Below are positions 27,448-36,264 of a stretch of DNA of 64,000 bases, in pieces. Numbering within the stretch: the stretch's first letter is position 1; every line of letters starts with the position of its first letter. A model generated the notes under the pieces. It worked only from the letters and a program-made list of their open reading frames with translations, searched no databases and was not told the origin of the DNA. The stretch spans positions 1,582-65,581 of the forward strand of contig JBDIWN010000001.1 in assembly GCA_039638495.1 (NCBI GenBank), given 5' to 3'. The position numbers and the translations under genes were made by a program. This DNA comes from Candidatus Profundicultor thermophilus (GTDB lineage Bacteria > Atribacterota > Atribacteria > Atribacterales > Caldatribacteriaceae).

Positions 27448-28800
27448 TTGGCCATTCAGGAAATTTTTCATTCGGTTCGTTTAGATGAGAGTAAATGCAA
27501 AGGGTGCACGCACTGTATCAGAAGATGTCCAACCGAAGCCATACGGGTCAAGGGTGGTAAAGCCTGTATCGATGAAAGGCGGTGTATTGATTGTGGTGAA
27601 TGTATCCGCACCTGTCCCAATTATGCAAAGTATGCGCAAACAGACCCTCTGGAAATCATTAAAAAATTCAAGTATGCTGTGGCTCTGCCTGCCCCTGCTT
27701 TTTATGCCCAGTTTAAATTCACCGTTCCTCTGGGAAAAATTCTGGGAGGGTTATTAAAAGTCGGTTTTCACGATGTCTTCGAAGTCGCCAGGGGTGCGGA
27801 AATTTTGGCAGAGGAAATCAAAACGTACCTTGAGGGGCGGGATGTTCCCAAACCAGTGATTTCCTCAGCCTGTCCGGCAGTGGTGCGACTTGTGGAGGTC
27901 AAATTTCCAGCTTTGATCGAGAACCTTCTTCCTCTTGATTCTCCCTTGGGGGTTGCAGCAAAAATTGCCCGTCTTCAAGCGATGAAGAAGGGGTATAGCG
28001 CGGATGAAGTTGGAGTGTTTTTTGTGACGCCTTGTCCGGCAAAGGTCACTGAGGTGAGACAGAGTGGCGATGAATTGGCTCGGATTGATGGAGCCATATC
28101 GATGAGCGGGATTTACTCCCGCTTGGTGAACGAACTGGGAGAAGTGGAAGAGGTTCCCCAGGTCCAGATGGCTAGTTTTAAGGGCATTGGTTGGGCGCGA
28201 TCTGGAGGTGAACAGGAGTCCCTGGGAGAGGGAGAGTACATGGCTGTGGATGGAATCCACTATGTGATTTCGGTCCTGGAGAAAATTGAAGTTGGAGAAT
28301 TGAAAGAAGTGGTATATTGCGAGGCGCAGGCCTGTGTGGGAGGATGCATTGGGGGAGTTCTTTCCGTGCAAAATCCCTTTGTGGCCAAGGTCAATGTGAA
28401 TCACCTGTTGAAGAAGTATGGTCGTTTTACGCCGATATCTGAGGAAGAGCTCAAGGTGTGGCGCAGGGCTTCGATTTTTGCTCGAACCAGAGCGTATGAA
28501 GCCAAGGAAGTCATGCGTCTTGACCAGGATTTGCACCGTGCTTTGGAAAAGTATCAGGCTATCGAAAAACTGCTGGAAAAATTACCGGGTTTGGACTGTG
28601 GTGCTTGTGGTTCGCCAACCTGCCGAGCCCTGGCGGAGGACATTGTTCAGGGAAAGGCAGTCGAGGTGGATTGTCCCTTTCTCCTCCGTAGCCATATGCT
28701 GGATCTGGCTATGGAAATTTATAGTCTGGCCAGCCGTGTTCCCCAAACCATGGTAAAAAAAGAAGAGGGGGCAAAAAAAGTTGAAAGTCAGGATTCGTGA
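27448..28800 (+). CDS. [FeFe]-hydrogenase-like protein, putative sensory type (2x[4Fe-4S] + H-domain + C-terminal Cx2Cx4Cx16C)
   Basis: CKGCTHCIRRCP and CIDCGECIRTCP ferredoxin motifs. H-domain motifs are SSACPAV, TPCPAKVTE and EAQACVGGCIGG. The C-terminus reads CGACGSPTCRALAEDIVQGKAVEVDCP. Confidence 0.75.
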   Translation: MAIQEIFHSVRLDESKCKGCTHCIRRCPTEAIRVKGGKACIDERRCIDCGECIRTCPNYAKYAQTDPLEIIKKFKYAVALPAPAFYAQFKFTVPLGKILGGLLKVGFHDVFEVARGAEILAEEIKTYLEGRDVPKPVISSACPAVVRLVEVKFPALIENLLPLDSPLGVAAKIARLQAMKKGYSADEVGVFFVTPCPAKVTEVRQSGDELARIDGAISMSGIYSRLVNELGEVEEVPQVQMASFKGIGWARSGGEQESLGEGEYMAVDGIHYVISVLEKIEVGELKEVVYCEAQACVGGCIGGVLSVQNPFVAKVNVNHLLKKYGRFTPISEEELKVWRRASIFARTRAYEAKEVMRLDQDLHRALEKYQAIEKLLEKLPGLDCGACGSPTCRALAEDIVQGKAVEVDCPFLLRSHMLDLAMEIYSLASRVPQTMVKKEEGAKKVESQDS

Positions 28801-29140
28801 CATTGTAAAGAATCTTGGAGCCGAGGTACTTGTTGAAGGTGGTATGGAGCATGGAGCGGTGCGTGGGGGGTACTGTGGAGATCTTCTCAGTGATTGTATT
28901 GCCAACGCCGAAGAAGGAAGTGTGTGGGTTACCATCCAATCGCATCCTAATGTGGTGGCGGTAGCATCTTTAGTCGGTATTCCCTGCATTGTGGTTACGA
29001 ATAACCAGGAAGTTCAGGAACAGACTCTGGAGAAAGCCCGGGAACAGGGGATTACCATTTTGAAAACGCCTCTCTCTTCGTTTGAGGCTGTGAGTGTGCT
29101 TTCCCAGCTGGGTGTTTCCGGGAAAAGACGACATGCCTGA
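28781..29140 (+). CDS. DRTGG-domain protein (copy 2)
   Basis: LGAEVLVEG...YCGDLLSDCIANAEEGSVWVTIQSHPNVVAVASLVGIPCIVVTNN, colinear with copy 1. TTG start overlapping the hydrogenase-like gene by 20 nt. Confidence 0.6.
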   Translation: MKVRIRDIVKNLGAEVLVEGGMEHGAVRGGYCGDLLSDCIANAEEGSVWVTIQSHPNVVAVASLVGIPCIVVTNNQEVQEQTLEKAREQGITILKTPLSSFEAVSVLSQLGVSGKRRHA

Positions 29141-29885
29141 AGGTGATTTACAAGTTTTTGTGGCGGATCTCCATATTCACAGTGTCCTGTCACCATGTGC
29201 CCAGCGAGAAATGCTTCCTCAGTGTATCATCCTTGAAGCTCTGGAGAAAAAAATTGACATGATTGCTCTCTGTGACCATAATGCGTGTGACAATGTGGAG
29301 GTAACTGTTGCTCTGGGTAACCGTTTTGGAATATGGGTGATTCCGAGTATCGAAGTGGAAACTCGGGAAGAAGTACACCTCCTCTGCTATTTTCCTACTG
29401 TTTTGCAGCTCCAAAACTTCAATCATCTCGTTTCTGCATCGCTTCTTCCCATGCCGTTGCGCGAAGATATATGGGGTGAAGAATGGGTGATTGGTGAAGA
29501 CGGGCAAGTCTCTGAAAAGAAAGCGCATCTTCTGACCTACCCGACTACTCTTTCGGTGGAGGAGGTCGTTACTTTGGTGCGCACCTTTGGCGGTGTGGTA
29601 GTTCCGGCGCATGTGGATCGTAAGCATTACAGCATTGTATCTCAATTGGGTTTTATTCCTCCGGACTTAATGATACCTGCAGTGGAAATTTCGCAAAGAG
29701 CGCCGTGGAAGGAGGTAGCCGAACAGCTTGGGCTTCAGCGCTTCCAGGTTTTGTGTTCTTCCGATGCCCACCAGCTTAGCGAAATTGGGCTGGGGAAAAC
29801 CTATTTTTTGATGTATGCCCTTAACTGGTCGGAATTTATGCTGGCTATGCATGGTGAGGCAGGAAGAAGTATTTTTTTACCCTAA
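29133..29885 (+). CDS. PHP-domain metal-dependent phosphoesterase
   Basis: Start ATG 29133 (8-nt overlap). PHP histidine motifs ADLHIHSVLSPC, ALCDHN, PAHVDR and SSDAH. Confidence 0.7.
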   Translation: MPEGDLQVFVADLHIHSVLSPCAQREMLPQCIILEALEKKIDMIALCDHNACDNVEVTVALGNRFGIWVIPSIEVETREEVHLLCYFPTVLQLQNFNHLVSASLLPMPLREDIWGEEWVIGEDGQVSEKKAHLLTYPTTLSVEEVVTLVRTFGGVVVPAHVDRKHYSIVSQLGFIPPDLMIPAVEISQRAPWKEVAEQLGLQRFQVLCSSDAHQLSEIGLGKTYFLMYALNWSEFMLAMHGEAGRSIFLP

Positions 29886-29965
29886 TTCTTGATTGTTTCT
29901 TCAAAGGCCCCTTTGGAATAAAACATACATTCTATTTTTTTCTCTTCATCCCTATTTTAAGATTT

Positions 29966-30005
29966 ATAGTGGTTGGTTGTGGCATAAAGTGGTTTAAAGG
30001 GGAAG
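29966..30005 (+). promoter_or_regulatory. Putative MraZ operator: direct repeats with 10-bp periodicity
   Basis: ATAGTGG, GTTGTGG, AAAGTGG, AAAGGGG. The GTGG/GGGG cores start at 29969, 29979, 29989 and 29999, immediately upstream of mraZ. A TATAGT -10-like hexamer (29965-29970) overlaps the first repeat. Confidence 0.5.
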
Positions 30006-30012
30006 GGATACG

Positions 30013-30456
30013 ATGTTTCTTAGCCATTACCGTCACACTGTGGATAAAAAAGGTCGGATTGTCATTCCCAGTGAGTTCCGTGACGCGCTTCGGGAAAGAA
30101 TCTACCTCACTCCTGGCATTGAATCCTGTGTTTTCATCTATCCTCAAGAGGAGTGGGAAAAACTCTACCGGAAAGTGACTTCTCTTCCTCTTACCCAGAA
30201 GGATGCACGTGATTTCATGCGTCTCTTCCTTTCCAGTGCTGCCGCGGTAGAAATTGATCCTCAGGGTCGGGTGATGTTGCCTTTACACCTCCGGAGGTAT
30301 GCTCAGATCGAAAGCCGAGTGATCCTTTTAGGTGTTGGGAATCGAGTTGAAATATGGGCTGAGGAGAATTGGGATGCCTATTTCCAGAAAATCCAGAGTA
30401 GTTTCGAAGCAATTACTCAAAGTATTGTTATGGAAGAGCATCCATATGGTCGTTAG
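30013..30456 (+). CDS. mraZ: Transcriptional regulator MraZ
   Basis: MFLSHYRHTVDKKGRIVIPSEFR and a second half-domain EIDPQGRVMLP (duplicated DxxGR motif). First gene of the dcw cluster. Confidence 0.95.
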   Translation: MFLSHYRHTVDKKGRIVIPSEFRDALRERIYLTPGIESCVFIYPQEEWEKLYRKVTSLPLTQKDARDFMRLFLSSAAAVEIDPQGRVMLPLHLRRYAQIESRVILLGVGNRVEIWAEENWDAYFQKIQSSFEAITQSIVMEEHPYGR

Positions 30457-31342
30457 TGTGGTTCACCATCCAGTTATGGTGCAGGAGGTTTGTCGCTGGC
30501 TGGTTACGAATCCTTCCGGTATCTATGTTGATGCTACTCTGGGGGGAGGTGGCCATGCTTTGGCGCTTTTATGCCGATTGGAATCGGGAGGGAAATTGAT
30601 TGGTATAGACCGGGATGACGAAGCCCTCCAGAGAGCGAGAAAAAACTTGAAGGGTTTTTTGGACCGGGTAATGCTGGTGCATAGTCCCTTTTCGAAAATT
30701 GGCGAAGTCCTTACCTCACTTCAATTGGAAAAGGTTTCCGGGGTATTGTTCGATCTGGGGATCTCTTCTTTTCATCTCGAGCAGGGGGAGCGAGGATTCA
30801 GCTTTGAAAAAGATGGTCCACTGGACATGCGCATGGATACATCACAGAGCTTGGATGCTTCCTGGGTGGTGAATCATTTTTCTGAAAGAGAGCTTGCGGA
30901 TCTCATCCATCGATATGGGGAAGAGCGCTATGCACGCCGAATTGCTCGATTCATTGTGCAGACAAGAAGAAAACAGCGCATTGAATCCACGCTCCAGTTA
31001 GCAAAGATTGTGGAAACGGTGGTGCCCCGTCGAGAGAAGATTCATCCGGCGACCCGGACCTTTTTGGCTCTTCGTATCTTCGTGAATCGGGAACTCGAAG
31101 AGCTTTCTCTTGCTCTTTCTCAGATACCTCAGATTCTTGAAGAAAGAGGGCGCGTGGTCGTGTTGAGTTACCACTCTTTGGAGGATCGAATTGTGAAGCA
31201 GTTTCTTCGGGATTGTCCTGCGCTTTTGGTCTGTACCAAAAGACCTCTGCGGCCATCACAGGAAGAGATAGCGAGAAACCCTCGAGCGCGGAGCGCTCGT
31301 CTGAGGATAGCTGAGAAAATCCAAATGGGGGAGTATCGATGA
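30446..31342 (+). CDS. rsmH: 16S rRNA (cytosine1402-N4)-methyltransferase
   Basis: HHPVMVQEV and SAM motif VDATLGGGGHA. Start ATG 30446 or GTG 30458, overlapping or abutting the mraZ end. Confidence 0.9.
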   Translation: MVVSVVHHPVMVQEVCRWLVTNPSGIYVDATLGGGGHALALLCRLESGGKLIGIDRDDEALQRARKNLKGFLDRVMLVHSPFSKIGEVLTSLQLEKVSGVLFDLGISSFHLEQGERGFSFEKDGPLDMRMDTSQSLDASWVVNHFSERELADLIHRYGEERYARRIARFIVQTRRKQRIESTLQLAKIVETVVPRREKIHPATRTFLALRIFVNRELEELSLALSQIPQILEERGRVVVLSYHSLEDRIVKQFLRDCPALLVCTKRPLRPSQEEIARNPRARSARLRIAEKIQMGEYR

Positions 31343-31674
31343 ACAGAGTAAGGAATTGGTGTATTGCTGGGTTGTTACTTTGTTTTTTTGGGGCTCTCTT
31401 TCATTTAAGTTTGCAGGCTATACTTTTGGAAAAAGGGTTTCTTGCTGAATCAAAACGAGACGTTCTGGAGAGCTTAGTAGCAGAAAAAACAAAACTCGAG
31501 ACCGAAATTGCCCAATTATCATCTTTGGAACGGATTAAGGCTCTTGCGGAGAATCGCCTGGGTATGGTTCCGCCCACACAGATTGTTTACATGGTTGCGG
31601 GGGGTAAGCTCAGCGAAGGCGAAACACAGCTGGCCTTAAATGAGGAAAAGCGGGGTAAGGGGAAGGCTCAATGA
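31339..31674 (+). CDS. ftsL: Cell division protein FtsL-like
   Basis: 111 aa with a single TM (WCIAGLLLCFFGALF) followed by a coiled coil. Canonical position between rsmH and ftsI, with ATGA overlaps on both sides. Confidence 0.7.
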   Translation: MNRVRNWCIAGLLLCFFGALFHLSLQAILLEKGFLAESKRDVLESLVAEKTKLETEIAQLSSLERIKALAENRLGMVPPTQIVYMVAGGKLSEGETQLALNEEKRGKGKAQ

Positions 31675-33362
31675 TTTCCAGAAAATTTGTCCAGCGGACA
31701 AATTTTCTGACTGGTTTTCTTTTGTTACTCCTTCTTGTTGTAGTTTGGAGATTGGTGTCGATTCAGATATTTCAGGCAAAGCGATACCAGGAGTTGTTGG
31801 TACCGCGTTTTGCTTTGAACGAAGTACCTCCTCCACGGGGTTCGATTCTGGATCGCAATGGCGAAGTTTTGGCAAAAGACGTGGAAGCCATATCGATTTT
31901 TGCCTGCCCAGTGCGCGTGAAAAACCCCCAAGAAATTGCTCAAGAGTTTTCACAGATGCTTTCTTTAAACGAAGAGGAGTTGAGGAAGGCCCTGTCTTCT
32001 AACATGACCTGGTTCGAAATCAAACGAAAGGTTCCTCTCTATTTAGGAGAATTTTTGTTTCGGCAGAAATGGGAGGGAATTTACTGGGAAAACGATACCA
32101 TGCGTTTTTATCCTAAGGCGCCCTTACTCAGTAACCTCCTGGGTTTTGTGGGTTCCGAGGGACGAGGTTTAGAGGGGATTGAGTTCGTATTTGACTCGTA
32201 TCTTCGGGGAGATAAGGGGTACAGTGCATTCGAGAAGGATGCTCTGGGTGGAGAAATTCCTTTGAGTGTGAAGTATAGTCCACCTCGTCCCGGTTATGAC
32301 CTTGTTTTAACCATTGATGCCAATATCCAGTTTTTCGTGGAAAAGGCTCTGGATGGAGTGATGGAGAGAACCAAAGCCCAAAGAGGGGTAATCATCGTCA
32401 ACGATCCCCGTAGTGGTGACATTCTGGCCATGGCTTCTCGCCCTTCCTACGATAACCGTTATTTTTGGCAGCACGAATCTTCCTGTTTTCGAAATCTGGC
32501 TTTCCAGATGGTTTTTGAACCTGGTTCGACCATAAAACCTCTAGTGATGGCTGGAGCCCTGGAGGAAAAGGTGGTCAGTCTGCGTGACCGGTTTTTCTGC
32601 CCTGGTTGGATTCAGGTCCATACACACCGGGTTCGGGATATCAAGGCTCACGGAGAGGAATCCCTTGAGGATGTGATCATCAATTCCTGCAATGTGGGCA
32701 TCATCGAAGTTGCCAGAAAGCTTACCGCAGAAAAACTCTATGTGTATCTCAGAAATTTCGGTTTGGGAGGGGAAAGTGGGATTGAAATGCCTGGAGAGGA
32801 GATGGGTCTTTTGAGATCGCCAAAGGAATGGTCTCTCCTCTCTATCGGTGCGATTCCCATTGGACAGGAGATGATGATTACTCCTCTCCAGTTATTGAAG
32901 GCGCTATCAGCGCTAGCAAACAAAGGGGTGGTAATGAAACCGAGACTGGTGTCGAAAATTGTTGGTGCTGGGGATAAGGTGGTGAAGGAATTTCCTGTAG
33001 CATCACTGAAACGAGTTGTTTCGGAAAAAACTGCGTCGGTGGTGCTGGAAATGATGGAAAAAACGGTAGAACGGGGAACTGGTAAAAAGGCATTTATAGA
33101 GGGCTACAGGATTGCTGGAAAAACTGGTACCGGGCAAAAGGTTGATGCCAGTGGTCGTTATGCACTGGGAAAATTTTACTCGTCTTTTGTAGGGTTTTTA
33201 CCGCTTCCAGAACCGCGCTTTGGAATTCTCATTATGTTAGATGAACCTCAAGGAGAGTACTATGGTGGTGATATTGCCGCGCCTGTATTCAGAGAAATTG
33301 CTCTCAACATTATCGATTATGCTGGTATAATATCGAAGAATGCTGAGGTGAAAGTATTTTGA
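31671..33362 (+). CDS. ftsI: Class B penicillin-binding protein (FtsI/PBP2B-type transpeptidase)
   Basis: N-terminal TM, PBP dimerisation region, and transpeptidase motifs GSTIKP (SxxK), SCN and KTGTG. Confidence 0.9.
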   Translation: MISRKFVQRTNFLTGFLLLLLLVVVWRLVSIQIFQAKRYQELLVPRFALNEVPPPRGSILDRNGEVLAKDVEAISIFACPVRVKNPQEIAQEFSQMLSLNEEELRKALSSNMTWFEIKRKVPLYLGEFLFRQKWEGIYWENDTMRFYPKAPLLSNLLGFVGSEGRGLEGIEFVFDSYLRGDKGYSAFEKDALGGEIPLSVKYSPPRPGYDLVLTIDANIQFFVEKALDGVMERTKAQRGVIIVNDPRSGDILAMASRPSYDNRYFWQHESSCFRNLAFQMVFEPGSTIKPLVMAGALEEKVVSLRDRFFCPGWIQVHTHRVRDIKAHGEESLEDVIINSCNVGIIEVARKLTAEKLYVYLRNFGLGGESGIEMPGEEMGLLRSPKEWSLLSIGAIPIGQEMMITPLQLLKALSALANKGVVMKPRLVSKIVGAGDKVVKEFPVASLKRVVSEKTASVVLEMMEKTVERGTGKKAFIEGYRIAGKTGTGQKVDASGRYALGKFYSSFVGFLPLPEPRFGILIMLDEPQGEYYGGDIAAPVFREIALNIIDYAGIISKNAEVKVF

Positions 33363-34861
33363 AAATAAAAGATGTTGCGTCGGTTCTTCCATATATTGAG
33401 GCGCATATTGATGATGAAGCACTTGAGATTAATGGTATTGCTTTTAATTCAAAGCAGGTACTCCCAGGATATGTATTTTTTGCTCTTTGTGGATCGAATA
33501 CCGACGGTCACCTGTACATTGAGGAAGTGCTCAAAAATGGAGCGGTGCTGGTGGTTGGAGAGCAGAGAGAGCCCCTTCAGAAACTTTCCGGGCGCGTTTC
33601 CTGGATCCTGGTGAAAGATGGAAGAAGGGCTTTGGCCTTGGTTTCCAATCTTTTCTATCAAGATCCATCACGATATCTTCGGATCATGGGTATTACCGGG
33701 ACGAATGGAAAAACCACGACCTGTTTCTTGACCAGGAGTATCTGGGAAAAAAGTGGCCGCCCCTGTGGTCTTTTAACCACGGTTTGGAATCTGGTAGGAC
33801 CCTGGGAATTTGAGTCCATCAATACCACTGAGGAGTCTCTGCGAATTTTCCGTTATCTTCATATGATGTGCCGTGCTGGCATTCAGGATGTGGTGATGGA
33901 GGTCTCTTCGCATGGGCTTTCGATTGGCCGGGTTGAGGGAATACGGTTTGATGCTGCCCTGGTGACAAATCTTATCCCTGAACATCTGGAATTTCATCAG
34001 ACTTTTGAGCATTATTTTGCAAGCAAGCGGAAGCTTTTTGAAAAGGTTGCGGAAAATCTCACCAAGGAATATCCGCGAGTGGCGATTGCCAATGGGGATG
34101 ATAAGGAATGTGTGAGAATGGTTCGGAATATGGGGATTCCTTATCTTACGTATGGGTTGGAGAAGACTGCTGATATCTGGGCGAGCAAGGTCGATTTTTC
34201 TTTAAGACGTTCTCGGTTCCATGTATATACTCCCTGGGGATCCGTGGTTGCAGAAATAAATTTCGCTGGTCAACACAACGTGTACAACGCTCTGGGGGCG
34301 ATTGCCCTAGCGCTTTCCCAGGGTATTGATCGGGAATCCATTCAGGAGGGGCTACGAGCCTGCAGGCGGGTCCCGGGAAGGTGGGAATTCGTTGATGCGG
34401 GGCAAGATTTTGCGGTAATTGTTGATTTTGCTCATAACTGGCATGGTCTTGCTCATGCGCTTTCTACAATTCGGGAGTTTACTTGGGGGAAGATTATTAC
34501 CGTTTTTGGGTGTGGAGGAGAAAGGGACCGAAAGAAACGGCCGCTCATGGGGGAAACCGTAGCGCGATACAGTGATTGGTGCCTGATTACCACCGACAAC
34601 CCGCGCGGAGAGGATCCGGGTCAGACTGCTTACGATGCTCTGGAGGGTGTGAAACGGGTGGTACAGGAGAAGGAGGTTCGGTATGAAGTGATTCTGGATC
34701 GGGTGGAAGCAATTCGAAAAGCCATTGCCATAGCAAAAAAAGGAGACGTCGTTTTTCTGGCTGGTAAGGGTCCAGAACGCTTTCAGGTTTATAACGGAAT
34801 GATTGTTCCTCACAGCGATTACTGGGTTGCCAAACGTTTGCTTGAGGAAAGGTCGCGATGA
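33359..34861 (+). CDS. murE: UDP-N-acetylmuramoyl-L-alanyl-D-glutamate--2,6-diaminopimelate ligase
   Basis: Mur ligase P-loop GITGTNGKTTT. The DNPR motif (TTDNPRGEDP) is generally associated with meso-DAP specificity. Confidence 0.9.
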   Translation: MKIKDVASVLPYIEAHIDDEALEINGIAFNSKQVLPGYVFFALCGSNTDGHLYIEEVLKNGAVLVVGEQREPLQKLSGRVSWILVKDGRRALALVSNLFYQDPSRYLRIMGITGTNGKTTTCFLTRSIWEKSGRPCGLLTTVWNLVGPWEFESINTTEESLRIFRYLHMMCRAGIQDVVMEVSSHGLSIGRVEGIRFDAALVTNLIPEHLEFHQTFEHYFASKRKLFEKVAENLTKEYPRVAIANGDDKECVRMVRNMGIPYLTYGLEKTADIWASKVDFSLRRSRFHVYTPWGSVVAEINFAGQHNVYNALGAIALALSQGIDRESIQEGLRACRRVPGRWEFVDAGQDFAVIVDFAHNWHGLAHALSTIREFTWGKIITVFGCGGERDRKKRPLMGETVARYSDWCLITTDNPRGEDPGQTAYDALEGVKRVVQEKEVRYEVILDRVEAIRKAIAIAKKGDVVFLAGKGPERFQVYNGMIVPHSDYWVAKRLLEERSR

Positions 34862-36264
34862 AATTCACTCGAGAAGAGATTCAGAGGATTACTGGTGCTC
34901 GCCTTATCCAGGAGGGTCGATACCCGGTTTTTGACGGTCTTGCCATCGATAGTCGTTCCTGTAAAAAAGGGGATCTTTTCGTCGCTTTAAAGGGTGAAAG
35001 AACGGATGGGCATTTTTTTGTCTCCAGTGCCTTTGATAAGGGAGTTTCTGGAGCATTAGTGCGCGAGATTCCGACTTCTGTACTGGGAAGAGACAGGGCT
35101 CTTTTTCAGGTTGATGACACCCTGAAGGCCTTAAGATGTATCGGTCGGGAAGCTTCAGAGCGATTTAGAGGAGCCAAGATTGCTATCACTGGTACCGCTG
35201 GAAAAACCACTTGCAAACACATGCTCCAGGATTTACTTCGAAAACGTTTTTCGGTCGAGATCACACCGCAGAGCTTCAATACGGTGATTGGGGTATCCTG
35301 TGCTTTAGCCAATTTCCAGCAGGAAAGCCAGATTGGTGTGATCGAAGCGGGGATTAACAAAGTTGGGGAAATGGAGGAACTTGCCACCATCATTGCTCCG
35401 GACATTGTTATTTTCACTGCCTTTGGTGAGGGACACCTGGAGGGCCTGGAAAGTGTGGAAAAAGTAGTAAAAGAAAAAAGCAAACTCATTGTTTCTCGAA
35501 CCTATCAGGTTTATCTCAACGGTGATTCTCCTTTTGCCCCTACCCTCATTGAGGGCTTGAGGAAAATGGGGAAAAAGGTGATTTCATTTGGGGTTCGCAG
35601 GGAGAATCAACTATTTTTTTCCCATTTCATGTTTCAATGGCCTCGTCTCCGGGTTGCTTTCTCAGTACAGTACGGGAATCAGGTGTTCGACTTCCAGGCT
35701 CCGATTCTTTTTGAAGAAGTGCTGGTTTCGCTTTTGCCTGCGTTCCATATGGCTCTTGAATGGGGAATACCACCGGAAGAAATTGCCGAGGTATTGTGGG
35801 ACTGGAAACCGCTTCCAGGAAGGGGGAATCACTTTCATTGTGGTGGTGGGGTAGTGATTGATGACACCTATAATGCCAATCCGCTTTCGTATCGGAAGGC
35901 TTTGAGATTGTTGAAGCGTTTATCCCAACAGGGTTTAGAAACCTGGCTTGTGGCTGGAGACATGCTGGAACTGGGTTCCTTTTCTTCTGAAGCTCATCGG
36001 ACCATCCTGGAAGAGGCCTTGGCACCGCCTCCTCTTTCTGGAATCATTCTTTTTGGTTCCCATTTCCAGGAAATTGCAGAACAAAAATTTCAAAAGGCAT
36101 TGCAGGACGGTATCATCCAACTCTTCCCTGCGCATCAGGAGATTCAGGATTTCCTTGAGAAGCATTTTCGTTTCCGTGATAATTGGGTAGTCCTTTTTAA
36201 GGGATCAAGAGGTATGACCATGGAAAAATCCATACCCGAGGAGTGGCAAACACATCATGGTTGA
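34858..36264 (+). CDS. murF: UDP-N-acetylmuramoyl-tripeptide--D-alanyl-D-alanine ligase
   Basis: ATGA overlap with murE. P-loop GTAGKTTCK, and the DDTYNANP motif typical of MurF. Confidence 0.9.
   Translation: MKFTREEIQRITGARLIQEGRYPVFDGLAIDSRSCKKGDLFVALKGERTDGHFFVSSAFDKGVSGALVREIPTSVLGRDRALFQVDDTLKALRCIGREASERFRGAKIAITGTAGKTTCKHMLQDLLRKRFSVEITPQSFNTVIGVSCALANFQQESQIGVIEAGINKVGEMEELATIIAPDIVIFTAFGEGHLEGLESVEKVVKEKSKLIVSRTYQVYLNGDSPFAPTLIEGLRKMGKKVISFGVRRENQLFFSHFMFQWPRLRVAFSVQYGNQVFDFQAPILFEEVLVSLLPAFHMALEWGIPPEEIAEVLWDWKPLPGRGNHFHCGGGVVIDDTYNANPLSYRKALRLLKRLSQQGLETWLVAGDMLELGSFSSEAHRTILEEALAPPPLSGIILFGSHFQEIAEQKFQKALQDGIIQLFPAHQEIQDFLEKHFRFRDNWVVLFKGSRGMTMEKSIPEEWQTHHG

Noticed and set aside
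29902-29915. Small palindrome CAAAGGCCCCTTTG after the PHP gene as a possible terminator
   Set aside because: The stem is only 6 bp with a 2-nt loop and has no following T-run. This is too weak to call.
30039-30047. DnaA-box-like TGTGGATAA inside mraZ
   Set aside because: It is a single occurrence within coding sequence, with no cluster of boxes, no AT-rich unwinding element and no dnaA/dnaN context. This is not an origin.
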